A stretch of 54,116 nt of DNA from an uncultured bacterium (GTDB lineage Bacteria; Fidelibacterota; Marinisomatia; Marinisomatales; AB-629-J13): assembly GCA_964518835.1 (NCBI GenBank), contig CAZFKU010000003.1, forward strand, positions 1-54,116, read 5' to 3'. The translations under genes and the position numbers were made by a program. Positions within the stretch are counted from its first letter, which is position 1, and each line of letters begins with the position of its first letter. This document shows positions 41,304-50,612 of the stretch, piece by piece. The notes under the pieces were generated by a model. It was given only the letters and a program-made list of their open reading frames with translations, was not told the DNA's origin and searched no databases.

Positions 41304-41930
41304 ATGAATAAATTAAAACAATACATATTATTCTTGTCATTTTGTTTTTTCATCATCGAATGCGGAAAATCTCCTGAAATGATTTTTTCGAAAGCGGAAG
41401 AAGCATTTAATACGGGGAATTATCGTCAAGCACTGAGGGGATTTACCCAAATTGTGTCGAATCATGAGACTTGGGACCGGGAAATAGAAGCCCGGGAATT
41501 TGTGGATAATTTTTCTATAAAAATATATTCCCGTGCAGAAACACTGAGAAATGAGAAGGAATTCAATGCATCAGTTGATGCCTTGAATTACATTGTGAAA
41601 AATTATGCAGATATGGAGATTGCCCCTAAATCCCAGTACCTGATCGGGGATGTATTTATGAACGATTTAAAGGACTTTGATGAAGCAATCATTCATTATC
41701 AAAAAGTCGTCAATAATTTTCCTGAGTCCAGGGAGGAACCACATGCTCAATTCATGACAGGTTATATCTATGCTAATGTAAAAAATGATTCTTCCAGAGC
41801 TCTCATTGAATATAATGTGTTCCTTGAAAAATATCCGGACCATGAATTAGCTCCCTCCGTTCAGTTTGAAATTGAATGGTTGGGAAAAGATATTAACGAT
41901 ATCCCCGCTTTAAAACATATTTCTTCCTGA
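41304..41930 (+). CDS. TPR-repeat protein, BamD/YbgF-like (signal anchor or possible lipoprotein)
   Basis: 208 aa from ATG 41304 (MNKLKQYILFLSFCFFIIECG). Repeats of the form ..A.Y.IGDVFMN..DFDEAIIHYQKVVNNFPES..AQFMTGYIY. Sits next to tamB and the Omp85 gene. Confidence 0.55.
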   Translation: MNKLKQYILFLSFCFFIIECGKSPEMIFSKAEEAFNTGNYRQALRGFTQIVSNHETWDREIEAREFVDNFSIKIYSRAETLRNEKEFNASVDALNYIVKNYADMEIAPKSQYLIGDVFMNDLKDFDEAIIHYQKVVNNFPESREEPHAQFMTGYIYANVKNDSSRALIEYNVFLEKYPDHELAPSVQFEIEWLGKDINDIPALKHISS

Positions 41931-41943
41931 TTACAAAAATATT

Positions 41944-42939
41944 ATGAAAGAGTTCAGCCTTACTGAGGTCAATGAAAAGATCTCAAAAGAATCTGCCTTT
42001 ATCGATGATCTCAGGAAAGCCCTCAGCCGGGTAATTATTGGTCAGGAGGAATTGGTCAATAAAATTATCATCAGTTTGCTGGCAAACGGTCATATCCTGT
42101 TGGAAGGTGTCCCCGGATTGGCAAAAACGCTTATGGTAAAATCACTTGCTCAGTTGATTGATACAAAATTTCAACGTCTCCAATTTACACCGGATATGCT
42201 CCCTGCGGATTTATTGGGGACATTAATTTATAATCAGAAAACGGGAGAATTTGAAACGAGAAAAGGACCTATCTTTGCTAATATTATTTTAGCGGATGAA
42301 ATAAACCGGGCTCCCTCGAAAGTCCAGAGCGCTTTATTAGAAGCAATGCAGGAACGTCAGATTACCATTGGCGAAGAAACCTTTTCGCTCACCCCACCAT
42401 TTTTGGTTTTAGCAACTCAAAATCCAATCGAACAGGAAGGGACTTATCCATTACCCGAAGCTCAGGTTGACCGATTCCTTTTTAAACTGAAAGTAGATTA
42501 TCCCGGGAAAGATGAAGAAAGACTGATTATCCGTCAATCAGCGAATACTTCTTTTGAATTGAATCTGGAACCAGTTATATCTCCACAGCAAATTCTCAAT
42601 GCCCAAAAGGTGGTGAATGAAATATATGTGGATGAAAAAATCGAAGAATACATTTTGAATCTTGTATTTGCAACACGAAATCCGGAAGAATATAATTGTC
42701 CTGACTTGAAGGGTCTCATTGATTACGGAGGTTCACCTCGTGCCAGTATCAATTTAACCTTGGCTGCCAAATCAAGGGCATTTCTGGAGCATCGTGGTTA
42801 TGTAACACCGGAAGATGTTCGATACATCGGAATGGATGTATTACGCCATCGGATTATTTTATCCTATGAAGCAGAAGCAGAGGAAATGACCTCTGAAGAT
42901 ATAATCCAACGTCTTTACGATACTGTAGAAATACCCTGA
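41944..42939 (+). CDS. MoxR-family AAA+ ATPase
   Basis: 331 aa. Walker A GVPGLAKT, Walker B ILADEINRA, QNPIEQEGTYPLPEAQVDRF. Confidence 0.9.
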   Translation: MKEFSLTEVNEKISKESAFIDDLRKALSRVIIGQEELVNKIIISLLANGHILLEGVPGLAKTLMVKSLAQLIDTKFQRLQFTPDMLPADLLGTLIYNQKTGEFETRKGPIFANIILADEINRAPSKVQSALLEAMQERQITIGEETFSLTPPFLVLATQNPIEQEGTYPLPEAQVDRFLFKLKVDYPGKDEERLIIRQSANTSFELNLEPVISPQQILNAQKVVNEIYVDEKIEEYILNLVFATRNPEEYNCPDLKGLIDYGGSPRASINLTLAAKSRAFLEHRGYVTPEDVRYIGMDVLRHRIILSYEAEAEEMTSEDIIQRLYDTVEIP

Positions 42940-42972
42940 GTTTCGGGATTAAATCCCGGTTAAAATATTGAT

Positions 42973-43848
42973 ATGATCCCCCAGGAAATAATATCCAAAG
43001 TTCGGAGGATAGAAATTCGAACAAAAGGATTGGTAAATGATTTATTTGGGGGAGAATACCATTCGGTTTTTAAAGGCAGAGGAATGATGTTTTCGGAAGT
43101 GCGGGAATATCAACCAGGGGATGATATCCGATTAATTGACTGGAACGTAACCGCCCGGGTAGGCACTCCTTTTGTTAAAATATTTGAAGAAGAACGTGAA
43201 TTGACCGTTTACATGGTTGTAGATGTGAGTGGTTCAGGACGGTTTGGGACAGTACGAAAAATGAAAATGGAACTTGGGACGGAAATTGCCGCTGTTTTAG
43301 GATTTTCTGCTATTAAAAATAACGACAAGGTTGGAGTACTGTTATTTAGTGATGAGGTGGAAAAGTATATTCCTCCTAAAAAAGGGAAATCTCATATATT
43401 ACGAGTAATCAGGGAATTACTTTATTACAAACCCAAATTTAAGGGAACTTCAATTAATTCTGCCCTTGATTTTCTTTTGAAAGTTGCCAAACGCCGAAGT
43501 GTAGTATTTCTGATTTCTGATTTTGTGGATTCTGAATATTGGAAATCTTTGAAAATGGCAAATAAAAAACATGATATTATCGGTATCAGACTTTTTGATC
43601 CTTCGGAAGCAGAATTACCGGATTTGGGATTAGTAAAAGTTCTGGACCCCGAATCCCAACAGGAATTCTGGATCAATACAAGCAGATATTCAGATCGAAC
43701 GGAATATAAAAATTCTTTTGATAATCGAATCAGTGATTTGGAATCCCGGTGTAAACAAATAAAGTTTGATCTCATTCCAATTTCGACTCAGGAAGATTAT
43801 GTGGAACCACTCATGAATTATTTCCACCGCCGGGAAAAACGGGTTTAA
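42973..43848 (+). CDS. DUF58 domain protein (vWA-like partner of MoxR)
   Basis: 291 aa. GEYHSVFKGRGMMFSEVREYQPGDDIRLIDWNVTAR followed by a VDVSGS MIDAS-like motif, both typical of DUF58. Confidence 0.85.
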   Translation: MIPQEIISKVRRIEIRTKGLVNDLFGGEYHSVFKGRGMMFSEVREYQPGDDIRLIDWNVTARVGTPFVKIFEEERELTVYMVVDVSGSGRFGTVRKMKMELGTEIAAVLGFSAIKNNDKVGVLLFSDEVEKYIPPKKGKSHILRVIRELLYYKPKFKGTSINSALDFLLKVAKRRSVVFLISDFVDSEYWKSLKMANKKHDIIGIRLFDPSEAELPDLGLVKVLDPESQQEFWINTSRYSDRTEYKNSFDNRISDLESRCKQIKFDLIPISTQEDYVEPLMNYFHRREKRV

Positions 43849-44765
43849 TGAAAAACCGGATTTTTTTAATTGGTAGCGGACTGATTTTCCTGTGGATGAA
43901 TTATTTTGGGTGTGCTGTCCCACCTGAAAAAACCAATTCTCTCAGTATTGATGCATCCCTCGATACAACCCAAGCGGCAATAGGTGACATTGTTCATTTA
44001 CACATAGAAGTAAATGGAGTTTCAAATCAACAACTGGAATTTTCAGAATTGGAAGTAAAAACCCCCATTGAAATAAGAGAAAAATCAATTTTTCAGGAAG
44101 AAAATAAAATTCAGTTTCAGATAGTTTTTTGGGATACGGGAACTTTTGAAATTCCTGAATATTCTGTTGGAATTCGTCATTTACAGGATTCAACTTTAAA
44201 TTATTCATTAAAAACAGAATCTCTTGAAATAACAATTTTATCAACCTTAACTGAAGGCAGTCAGTCGGAATTAAAACCTATAAAAGGACCTGTTCCCATT
44301 TTGTATCCAACTCCGTGGGCAAAAATAGTTCAATGGAGTTTTTTAGCTGTCGCCATTATTATACTACTGATTGTATGGTCTAAACGAAATATTTCCCATT
44401 CATTTTTTCCTGCACAATATAACAACATCCGAACTCCTTTTAATCAAGCTGTGGAAAGACTGGAGAATCTGGACAATTCGATGGATGACAATACATTTTA
44501 TGTTAATCTTTCCCATATTTTACGGGAATTCGTAGAAAACAGTGTATTTATCAAATCTCTGGAAATGACCACAGAAGAAATCCAATCCAATAAAAACATT
44601 ATCCCTTTGGAAGATACTTTATTTGAACAATGGATTTCTCTTTTGTCTCGGGCTGACCAAATCAAATTTGCCCGACGAATTTCATCACAGAGTCAACGAA
44701 ATAAAGATATTAAATGGAGTAAAGATTTTTTAAAATGGACCAGGTCAAATTGGAAATTAATATAA
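43848..44765 (+). CDS. Short BatD-like membrane protein (Ig-like N-domain, one TM, helical C-domain)
   Basis: 305 aa. Signal/lipobox-like NYFGC. LDTTQAAIGDIVHLHIEVNG Ig-like start, central TM WAKIVQWSFLAVAIIILLIVW, C-terminal ..FYVNLSHILREFVEN..LLSRADQIKFAR resembling the BatD/DUF4381 tail. TAATG overlap with the DUF58 gene. Confidence 0.5.
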   Translation: MKNRIFLIGSGLIFLWMNYFGCAVPPEKTNSLSIDASLDTTQAAIGDIVHLHIEVNGVSNQQLEFSELEVKTPIEIREKSIFQEENKIQFQIVFWDTGTFEIPEYSVGIRHLQDSTLNYSLKTESLEITILSTLTEGSQSELKPIKGPVPILYPTPWAKIVQWSFLAVAIIILLIVWSKRNISHSFFPAQYNNIRTPFNQAVERLENLDNSMDDNTFYVNLSHILREFVENSVFIKSLEMTTEEIQSNKNIIPLEDTLFEQWISLLSRADQIKFARRISSQSQRNKDIKWSKDFLKWTRSNWKLI

Positions 44766-44832
44766 CATTGTAGAGGATTTGAATTGGTGAACAACCAAGT
44801 GTAAATTTTACATAGTGAATCAAGGAAAATAA

Positions 44833-45399
44833 ATGGCAACAACTTCAGATATTCGAAATGGAGTAGTTATATCCCACAAAGGTAAACGTTGGAAAGTAGT
44901 TGAATTTCAGCATGTGAAGCCCGGTAAGGGAGGAGCTTTTATTCGAACAAAGTTAAAAGAACTTCAATCTGGCAAAATTGTGGATGAGACCTTCAATGGA
45001 GGTGCCCGGATTGACCTCATAAAAGTAGAAGCAAAATCTATGCAGTTTCTTTATATTGATGATATATCCGCTTATTTTATGGACAACCAAACCTATAACC
45101 AGATACAGGTCAATCTGGATTTGATAGGGAAAGATAAGTACTATTTAATATCAGGGATGGAGGTAGATCTCCTGTTTGACGGAAGTGAAGTCCTGGATGT
45201 AAGACTTCCCGCTCATGTAATTTTGGAGGTAACGGAAACAGAGCCGGGATTCAAGGGAAATACGGCTACAGGAGCTACAAAACCGGCAACTTTAGAAACC
45301 GGATTTAATATAAATGTACCCTTATTTGTGAATAAGGGTGATTCGCTTAAAATTGATACTCGATCCGGTGATTATATTGAACGAGCTAAACAAAGATAG
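44833..45399 (+). CDS. efp: Translation elongation factor P
   Basis: 188 aa. [14 protein letters not shown] loop with the conserved Lys; three OB/KOW-like domains. Confidence 0.93.
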   Translation: MATTSDIRNGVVISHKGKRWKVVEFQHVKPGKGGAFIRTKLKELQSGKIVDETFNGGARIDLIKVEAKSMQFLYIDDISAYFMDNQTYNQIQVNLDLIGKDKYYLISGMEVDLLFDGSEVLDVRLPAHVILEVTETEPGFKGNTATGATKPATLETGFNINVPLFVNKGDSLKIDTRSGDYIERAKQR

Positions 45400-45407
45400 G
45401 AATTATT

Positions 45408-45872
45408 ATGTGGCAGGATAAATTGAAGGAAATCATTTATATTCTTGAACACAGTGATGTAAATGAAATTGAAATTCGGTTCTGGGGAAAAACTTACAGA
45501 GTAGCAAAGTCTGTCACAGGTTCTGTTTCAGTACCTCATAGCCCACCCACTGTTTCTCATTCCGAAGTAGTCGATGCAGTGAGTCCTGAGGATACTCAGG
45601 ATACAGACACTAAAACAGGTATAGAATCAGAAGGAGAAAATATAAATTCACCCATGCCCGGAACGTTTTATCGCTCATCGTCTCCTGATGACGAACCCTT
45701 TGTAAAGGAAGGAGTTCAAGTAGTAAAAGGTGATACGCTTTGTATCATAGAAGCAATGAAGATCATGAATGAAATTGAAGCGGAAAAGAGTGGAACGATT
45801 GAAAAGGTTCTGGTTGAAAACGGTTCCTCAGTGGAATATGACCAACCTTTATTTGTACTTCATCCAGAATAA
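45408..45872 (+). CDS. accB: Acetyl-CoA carboxylase biotin carboxyl carrier protein
   Basis: 154 aa. Biotinyl domain with the [14 protein letters not shown] biotinylation motif. efp-accB-accC order. Confidence 0.9.
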   Translation: MWQDKLKEIIYILEHSDVNEIEIRFWGKTYRVAKSVTGSVSVPHSPPTVSHSEVVDAVSPEDTQDTDTKTGIESEGENINSPMPGTFYRSSSPDDEPFVKEGVQVVKGDTLCIIEAMKIMNEIEAEKSGTIEKVLVENGSSVEYDQPLFVLHPE

Positions 45873-45878
45873 AAGTCT

Positions 45879-47228
45879 GTGTTTAAAAAAGTACTGATTG
45901 CTAATCGGGGAGAAATTGCTCTCCGTATCATAAGAGCTTGTCATGAAATGGGCATCCAAACAGTTGCGGTTTATTCTACGGCGGATAAGTATTCTCTTCA
46001 TGTAAAATTTGCAGGTGAAGCCGTGTGTATCGGTCCCGGTCCCAGCAATGAGAGTTATTTGAATATCCCCAGGATATTAGCTGCCGGGGAAATCACAAAT
46101 GCCGATGCTATCCATCCCGGATATGGATTTCTGGCAGAAAATGCCGATTTTTCACAAATTTGCATAGACAACGGTTTTACTTTTATAGGTCCTGAACCTG
46201 ATATCATCAATTCCATGGGAAATAAATCAATGGCGAAAGCCACAATGGTGGATGCAGGAGTTCCGGTTATTCCGGGTAGTAAAGACATTATTTCTTCCAT
46301 CGAAGAAGGGGAGTCTTTGGGAGAAGAAATGGGGTATCCCGTAATATTAAAAGCCTCAGCCGGTGGTGGAGGCAGAGGAATGCGTGTTGTCCGGGAAAAA
46401 GCGGAATTGAGCCTTGCGTTTCGTACTGCCAAAGCAGAATCAGAATCAGCTTTTGGCAATGGTGACCTATATCTTGAAAAATTTATCGAAAATCCCCGGC
46501 ACATTGAAGTGCAGATTTTAGCCGATTCATTCGGTAATGTAATTCATCTGGGCGAACGGGAGTGTTCCATTCAGAGACGGCACCAGAAACTTGTGGAAGA
46601 ATCTCCTTCTCCGGTTGTGGATGAGGCGTTACGGGAAAAACTGGGAAAGGCGGCTGTTAAAGCAGGAAAAAAAGTGAACTATGTTGGTGTGGGAACGGTT
46701 GAATTTCTGTTAGATAAAAATAAAGATTTTTATTTTATGGAAATGAATACACGAATTCAGGTTGAACATCCGGTGACGGAAATGGTAACTGGCATTGACC
46801 TGATCAAGCAGCAGATACGAATGCATTCAGGGGAAAAATGCCCTGAGTTTTTCAAGCAATTCCATCTCCGTGGTCATTCCATAGAATGCAGGCTAAATGC
46901 TGAGGATCCTAATAATAACTTTACTCCATCTCCTAAAAAAATAACCAGTTTTCACATGCCGGGAGGAAAAGGGGTTCGGGTGGATTCCCATGCCTATGCA
47001 GGTTATGAAATTCCACCCTATTATGATTCCATGATCGGAAAGCTGATTGTTCATGCCCATAACCGTGAACGGGCAATAAAACGGATGCTTCAGGCATTGG
47101 AAGAGTGTATCATCGAAGGACCTGAAAATACTATCCCCTTTCATGAAGCAATCATGAAAGACGAGGCATTTCAGTCTGGTGATTTTGACACTTCATTTTT
47201 AGAAAATTTTCAATACAACCCTAAATAG
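45879..47228 (+). CDS. accC: Acetyl-CoA carboxylase biotin carboxylase subunit
   Basis: 449 aa with a GTG start. [22 protein letters not shown]-grasp [26 protein letters not shown]. Confidence 0.95.
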   Translation: MFKKVLIANRGEIALRIIRACHEMGIQTVAVYSTADKYSLHVKFAGEAVCIGPGPSNESYLNIPRILAAGEITNADAIHPGYGFLAENADFSQICIDNGFTFIGPEPDIINSMGNKSMAKATMVDAGVPVIPGSKDIISSIEEGESLGEEMGYPVILKASAGGGGRGMRVVREKAELSLAFRTAKAESESAFGNGDLYLEKFIENPRHIEVQILADSFGNVIHLGERECSIQRRHQKLVEESPSPVVDEALREKLGKAAVKAGKKVNYVGVGTVEFLLDKNKDFYFMEMNTRIQVEHPVTEMVTGIDLIKQQIRMHSGEKCPEFFKQFHLRGHSIECRLNAEDPNNNFTPSPKKITSFHMPGGKGVRVDSHAYAGYEIPPYYDSMIGKLIVHAHNRERAIKRMLQALEECIIEGPENTIPFHEAIMKDEAFQSGDFDTSFLENFQYNPK

Positions 47229-47238
47229 AGATAAGATT

Positions 47239-47616
47239 ATGACCATACAGGATTCCTTATTTTATACCGAAGATCACGAATGGATCAAATTTGAAAATGA
47301 ACAAACTGTTATCGGAATAACAGATTTTGCACAAAGTGAATTAGGAGATATTGTGTTTATTGAGTTCCCGGAAGAGGGAGATTCATTTGAAAAAGGAGAT
47401 ACCATGGGCACTATTGAAGCAGTAAAAACAGTAGCAGATTTTTTTGCGCCAGTCTCTGGAAAAGTCATTGAGGTGAATCTTGATTTGGAAGATAATGCCG
47501 AGATCATCAATTCAGATCCGTTTGGTAAAGGATGGCTCATCAAGATGGAGATGGCAAATTCTTCCGAACAATCTGATTTATTATCACCGAATGAGTATAG
47601 GGATTTGATTGAATAA
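47239..47616 (+). CDS. gcvH: Glycine cleavage system H protein (lipoyl carrier)
   Basis: 125 aa. YTEDHEWI and the lipoyl-Lys motif IEAVKTVADFFAPVSG. Confidence 0.9.
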   Translation: MTIQDSLFYTEDHEWIKFENEQTVIGITDFAQSELGDIVFIEFPEEGDSFEKGDTMGTIEAVKTVADFFAPVSGKVIEVNLDLEDNAEIINSDPFGKGWLIKMEMANSSEQSDLLSPNEYRDLIE

Positions 47617-48363
47617 ATGATTTCAGTTTATTCACATCTAATATCTATTGTTGAAAAACGGAAAGGAGTTTATGCTGTACTCCTTGACCCTGATCAAAAA
47701 AATCATGGGGCCATCGAATCCAAGGTGATTCAGGCAAACGAATCGGATGTGGATATTCTTCTTGTTGGAGGGAGTTTAATGATGGACGGGAAAAGCCATG
47801 ACAGAGTCAGGAACATTAAAGAGATTTCAAAAATACCAGTTGTGTTTTTTCCGGGGAGTTCCAGTCAATTAAACCCATATTTTGATGCGGTTCTATTTCT
47901 GTCCGTTTTATCCGGTCGTAATCCCCATTATCTCATAGGAGAACAGGTTATCTCTGCTCCTGTCATAAAGGATCTTGGATTGGAAACCATTCCCACAGGA
48001 TATTTACTTCTTGATGGTGGTGCTCATTCTACAGTTGAATTCATGAGCGGAAGTAAACCCATTCCCATGAATCGTCCGGACATTACTGTTGCACATGCAT
48101 TGGCAGCGGAATATATGGGTATGAAATTCGTGTATCTCGAAGCCGGAAGCGGTGCAAAACAATCAGTTTCAAAAGAAATCATTAATAGATGTGCGGAAAA
48201 TCTGAATATCAACCTCATAGTAGGCGGTGGAATAAAAACTCCGGAAGATGCAGCATCCAGAATTGAAGCAGGAGCATCCATGGTGGTAACCGGTTCGGTT
48301 CTGGAATCATCACAAAATAATTCACTCATGAAAGAATTTGCAGATGCTATTCATAAAAATTAA
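47617..48363 (+). CDS. Geranylgeranylglyceryl / heptaprenylglyceryl phosphate synthase family protein (PcrB/GGGPS; archaeal-type ether-lipid prenyltransferase fold)
   Basis: 248 aa TIM-barrel. VLLDPDQ, LLVGGS, FFPGS, LSGRNPHYLIG, VYLEAGSGA and LIVGGGIK motifs match the GGGPS/PcrB family. The ATG directly abuts the gcvH stop. Confidence 0.8.
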   Translation: MISVYSHLISIVEKRKGVYAVLLDPDQKNHGAIESKVIQANESDVDILLVGGSLMMDGKSHDRVRNIKEISKIPVVFFPGSSSQLNPYFDAVLFLSVLSGRNPHYLIGEQVISAPVIKDLGLETIPTGYLLLDGGAHSTVEFMSGSKPIPMNRPDITVAHALAAEYMGMKFVYLEAGSGAKQSVSKEIINRCAENLNINLIVGGGIKTPEDAASRIEAGASMVVTGSVLESSQNNSLMKEFADAIHKN

Positions 48364-48369
48364 AGCAAG

Positions 48370-48942
48370 ATGAATCATAAAATAGAAATTGAAAGGCAAA
48401 TAAACCAATCTTCTTCAGTATTTGCAGATATGGTTTCTCACTGCAGTGAATCCATGAACCAAGCTGCAACCTTGATGATTGAAGCTATCCGAAATGGAAA
48501 AAAAATACTATGGTGTGGAAACGGAGGCAGTGCCGCACAGGCTCAGCATCTATCAACTGAATTGGTGGGTGGATTGAGGGACCATGAAAGACCGGCAATC
48601 CCATCTATATCTCTCACAACTGATTCCTCATTTTTGACTGCTTGGAGCAATGATACGGACTTTAATTCTGTCTTTTCCCGGCAAATTTCCGCATTGGGAC
48701 AAAAAGGTGATGTTTTAGTGGGAATTACAACAAGCGGGAATTCCGAAAATGTACTGCTGGCAATTGATACAGCAGAAGAAATGGGTATTCACACTATTAT
48801 TTTTACCGGAAAAGATGGAGGAAAAATTAAGGAGAAGGGCAATATGACCATCACCATCCCTTCAGATGATACACAGCGTATCCAGGAAGGACATATTCTC
48901 TGTGGTCATATTCTATGCGAACTTGTAGAAAAATCTTTGTAA
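48370..48942 (+). CDS. gmhA: SIS-domain sugar-phosphate isomerase, phosphoheptose isomerase GmhA-like
   Basis: 190 aa. CGNGGSAAQAQH, GDVLVGITTSGNSENV, and QEGHILCGH near the C-terminus. Confidence 0.8.
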   Translation: MNHKIEIERQINQSSSVFADMVSHCSESMNQAATLMIEAIRNGKKILWCGNGGSAAQAQHLSTELVGGLRDHERPAIPSISLTTDSSFLTAWSNDTDFNSVFSRQISALGQKGDVLVGITTSGNSENVLLAIDTAEEMGIHTIIFTGKDGGKIKEKGNMTITIPSDDTQRIQEGHILCGHILCELVEKSL

Positions 48943-48957
48943 AACTGAAAATACATT

Positions 48958-49848
48958 ATGGAGACTTATTTAGATAAATATATCGGACTTTTACGGGTAA
49001 AAAATCTTTCTGAAAATACGATTGATGCATACAAAAGAGATTTGGAAAAATATTTTCATTACATAAAGAATTCATGTGAAATCAACGAATTGAAAGAAAT
49101 TCAAACAGAGCATATCCAGTCTTATGTTCAGTATCTTTCAGATGAAAGTTTATCTTCCAGAACTATTGCCCGGACCTTATCATCAATTAACCGGTTTCAT
49201 ACCTATTTGTGCATGGAAGAGATTTTAAGTGAAAATCCTGCTGTACATATAAAACGGAAGAAAATTCCCCAGACCTTACCCAATGTATTATCTGTAGAAG
49301 AAGTGGATGAAATTCTTGAAAACATCGATACGAATTCAGATCTGGGTAAACGGGATTTGGCTTTACTGGAAATCCTTTATTCCTGTGGACTCAGGGTTTC
49401 GGAAGCATGCACATTGAGAGGGATCGATATTTTATTTGAAGCTGAAATGATCCGGGTAAGAGGAAAAGGAAAAAAGGAAAGATTGGTTCCCATTGGTCTT
49501 AGAGCTATGAATGCGCTGAATCAGTATTTGAAGCATACCCGACCTTCTTTGTTAAAACGGGGGTCGGAAGTAGGTGAAGTCTTTCTCAGCCAAAACGGCA
49601 AACCTCTCACACGAATGACCATTAATAATATTTTGACAAAATGTTCTGCGGTAACTCACATTAAAAAGCAAATCAGTCCTCATACTTTCAGACATTCTTT
49701 TGCAACTCATTTACTCGAAGGTGGTGCTGATCTCCGTGCAGTTCAGGAAATGCTTGGACATTCCAATATTGTAACAACTCAGATTTATACTCATCTTGAC
49801 AAACATTATCTTCAGGAAGTCCACAAATCATTTCATCCACGTTGGTAA
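48958..49848 (+). CDS. xerD: Site-specific tyrosine recombinase XerD/XerC family
   Basis: 296 aa. N-terminal SAM-like domain (LSENTIDAYKRDLEKYF). Catalytic residues in GLRVSE, HTFRHSFATHLL, LGHSNIVTTQIYTHL. Confidence 0.85.
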   Translation: METYLDKYIGLLRVKNLSENTIDAYKRDLEKYFHYIKNSCEINELKEIQTEHIQSYVQYLSDESLSSRTIARTLSSINRFHTYLCMEEILSENPAVHIKRKKIPQTLPNVLSVEEVDEILENIDTNSDLGKRDLALLEILYSCGLRVSEACTLRGIDILFEAEMIRVRGKGKKERLVPIGLRAMNALNQYLKHTRPSLLKRGSEVGEVFLSQNGKPLTRMTINNILTKCSAVTHIKKQISPHTFRHSFATHLLEGGADLRAVQEMLGHSNIVTTQIYTHLDKHYLQEVHKSFHPRW

Positions 49849-49851
49849 TCA

Positions 49852-50469
49852 ATGTTGTTAAGAACCCCACCGGAAGTATTACTTCTATTGATCCCCGTTT
49901 TGTTATTTGCATTGTGTTTTCATGAATTTGCCCATGCCTGGGTAGCATTTAAATTGGGCGACCCTACAGCGAAGCATTCCGGAAGGTTGACCTTAAATCC
50001 ATTGGCACACTTGGATCCAATGGGATCATTGATGATTTTATTTGTAGGATTCGGCTGGGCGAAACCAGTTCCGGTAGATACCAGATATCTTCAAAATCCA
50101 AGGATTGACATGATGAAAGTTGCCTTTGCAGGACCTGCAGCAAATTTATTATTGGCATTCATTGGCGGGACCATTATTCGTTTCCAAATTGTAAGCGGGT
50201 CATTAATCCTAATGCTTGTTTTGTTTACTCAAATAAATATCATGCTGGCTGTTTTTAATATGATTCCTATTCCTCCCCTTGACGGTTCACAGATTTTTTC
50301 AGGACTCATGGTTCGAAAAAATCCGGATTTAGTAATGAAACTTCAAATGTACGGACCGCAAATTTTATTTGGGTTGATTCTGGTAGGATATTTCACAAAG
50401 ATTTCTCCTCTTTGGTGGGCAATGAGTCCTTTTGTTAATTTTTTCCTGTTTTTATTTGCAGGTATATGA
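49852..50469 (+). CDS. Site-2 protease family (peptidase M50) membrane metalloprotease
   Basis: 205 aa. HEFAHAW zinc motif in TM1, several TM helices, and a second metal-ligand region NMIPIPPLDGS. Confidence 0.8.
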   Translation: MLLRTPPEVLLLLIPVLLFALCFHEFAHAWVAFKLGDPTAKHSGRLTLNPLAHLDPMGSLMILFVGFGWAKPVPVDTRYLQNPRIDMMKVAFAGPAANLLLAFIGGTIIRFQIVSGSLILMLVLFTQINIMLAVFNMIPIPPLDGSQIFSGLMVRKNPDLVMKLQMYGPQILFGLILVGYFTKISPLWWAMSPFVNFFLFLFAGI

Positions 50470-50609
50470 GAAAACGTGAACACACATCTTATTTCAGGCG
50501 AATTATTAAACGGAAAAACAATCCCCGGTCTTTGTTATGGACGGTGAGTATGCTCATTATTGTCATCGGGTTGATCATTTATTTAAATATTAAATCAAGA
50601 GGAATGTAA
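50466..50609 (+). CDS. Candidate 47-aa membrane protein (basic N-terminus plus one TM), unannotated in the ORF track
   Basis: ATGA overlap with the M50 stop. Translation: MRKREHTSYFRRIIKRKNNPRSLLWTVSMLIIVIGLIIYLNIKSRGM. It ends 3 nt before the next gene and fills an otherwise empty 143-nt gap. Confidence 0.35.
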   Translation: MRKREHTSYFRRIIKRKNNPRSLLWTVSMLIIVIGLIIYLNIKSRGM

Positions 50610-50612
50610 ATC

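Noticed and set aside
48958-49848. Tyrosine recombinase as a marker of an integrated mobile element.
   Set aside because: It has the XerC/XerD-type N-terminal domain and catalytic motifs. It sits in a tight housekeeping run (gmhA upstream, M50 protease 3 nt downstream). There are no flanking phage or conjugation genes and no obvious att-like repeats.
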